A stretch of DNA of 64,000 nucleotides from Antedon mediterranea (lineage: Eukaryota > Animalia > Echinodermata): contig NC_092672.1 of the NCBI RefSeq assembly GCF_964355755.1, positions 12,896,001 to 12,960,000 of the forward strand, given 5' to 3'. Shown here one piece after another: positions 62,369 through 64,000 of this stretch; position 1 is the first letter of the stretch; each line of letters starts with the position of its first letter. Below the pieces are notes generated by a model. It had not been told where the DNA came from and made no database searches. It was given only the letters and a program-made list of their open reading frames with translations. The position numbers and the translations under genes are program-made.

Positions 62369-63760
62369 GGGGTACGTTCAGTTTGGTCCTTTTTTCTGAC
62401 CATTTTCTTAGTTTTAGATCAAAAGACGATGACAGCATTAACCAAATTGTAATACTCACTTATGTAGCACAGTTGTCTTATGGCTATTTTTGGCAAAACC
62501 TTACTTTATTTTTAATGAAGACGGAGCACTGTTTATACGGTTGCTAACTCATGATGCGCCCTCAAACTATCAACATATAACTATTTTAAGATAGTAGCTA
62601 GAAAACGAAACTTCAAGAATATGACAATGTATGCTAAATGTCACCAATTCAATGACATTTTGGTTGTAATGAACCTGCAGACTTGCACCCATTGTTTTGA
62701 TACTACACAAAAACAATAAATATCAATATATATTATATTTTAGTGAAGCATGTTACAAATTCAAGCAAAACGGTCAGCACTGGAGGCAAAGGAGTTTTGA
62801 CAAAGTTCAACAACCGAATCCGATAAGGAAAAATAAGAAGAAGAAACGGGCGCTTCCAAAACTGCCCAGATGAGGCTGCTTTTAAATGCCAAGAGTAATA
62901 TCATGAACATATTATCATAGTCGGACGATGAAGTCGGTTTAAATGATATGACTTACTTTTAAAAGATAAAAAATTGCAGAAAAGTGATTGGAGAATCCAC
63001 CATACCATAGAGACAATGGCGGCTTCGAGAATTATATGCCAACTGCGGCGGCTAACACTAACTCAAATTTGAACACGCGACTGCAGCCATGTATATGGCC
63101 TTGTTTTGACCCATTGATTTTAGACTATGAAATAAAGTTTTGTAATTCACCATGTCGGGATCGGGTTGCCGAATTGGATTACCTATCTCGATCTGGCAAG
63201 TTCCGAAACCTGATGGGGATGCAGAAGATGTTAATTAAAGATGTGATTATGGATATTTTTTATATCTTGCAGATTGTTAATGGCTATAAAGAAAAGAGTT
63301 ATGCTGATGGACTGGGCAGACCAGGTGGAAGAGGAATTTATTTGCTCACCTGCCCATGCCCAGCTAACTTTCTACAGGACACCAGGGGTCGGCCTGTTAT
63401 TTACATATCAATTCCAGCATTGCATATTTCCCTTTGGCTTTTCAAGAAAATGTATGATTTACTTGATATAGAAATACACAGCCTTGATGTCATAACATGT
63501 ATGTTAATTTCCTTTTTGATGAAAAATTTTTCAAAGTTAATACCAATTCCAATAATTATTTATTTTTCAGAGTAAACATCTAGCATCATAGGGTGCATTA
63601 TACGCTATTACACGCATATTCAACACGCTTCTGAAAAGTGTGTTGTATAACAACCAAGAGATTCCGTGTAATGAGATTTTAATTGTGCAAAAGGCAACAA
63701 AACATCAAACAGTGCGCATTCAGATAATCGTCACCGGAACAGATTATATGTAACCAGTGG
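62369..63760 (+). mobile_element. Heavily decayed Harbinger-like element (left end plus HARBI1-like remnants)
   Basis: TTA|GGGGTACGTTCAG terminus. Remnants FENYM, RDRVA.LDYLSRSG.FRNL, AIKKR...EEFICSP and IIGCI...HI. Confidence 0.4.
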
Positions 63761-64000
63761 CAGTCTCATCAGTAGAATTTCTAGTTAATATTACTTACAG
63801 ATTATCTTCTACAAGGGTGGCATGCAAGTGAGAATGAAATGTTGCCATTTCTTCGCCATCTTTCACCCTGCTGCCTGCACGTTGTACAGCCTAAAATTAA
63901 TGACAATGAGTTGAAACGACAGTGCCAGACATGCCCTAATAAGTATTTGGGGCCAATACAAAATACAAAGCGGCTTAAATAGTTCAGTATATGCGGAGGT

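Noticed and set aside
62988-63575. 195-aa intact protein-coding gene
   Set aside because: Non-ATG start, no coherent domain, and it runs into intron-like AT-rich sequence. It is better explained as decayed Harbinger remnants.

Overview
AT-rich metazoan genomic DNA (spliceosomal GT-AG introns; an invertebrate is likely but the taxon cannot be fixed from sequence alone). No intact host gene is evident. The window is a dense patchwork of short, decayed transposon and gene fragments: Gypsy, BEL/Pao, CR1/L2 LINE, CMC/EnSpm with DUF4806, Harbinger Myb/SANT, pogo, Sola2, SWIM, a tyrosine recombinase, ankyrin and kinase exons, and an intronless TUBGCP3 pseudogene, plus MITEs and minisatellites. One element stands out as apparently intact: a 6.28-kb Kolobok DNA transposon (23259-29538, TTAA target duplication). 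It carries a 9-exon THAP-DDE transposase and a convergent 3-exon KolX gene resembling the P2X7 cytoplasmic ballast domain, each preceded by a mirror-image GC-box/CRE cassette. It is inserted at the splice acceptor of a Harbinger-type Myb/SANT gene. Nearly all recognisable coding fragments lie on the + strand, the layout expected of a uni-strand (flamenco-like) piRNA cluster or TE trap. All family calls come from manual motif recognition; no database search was run.
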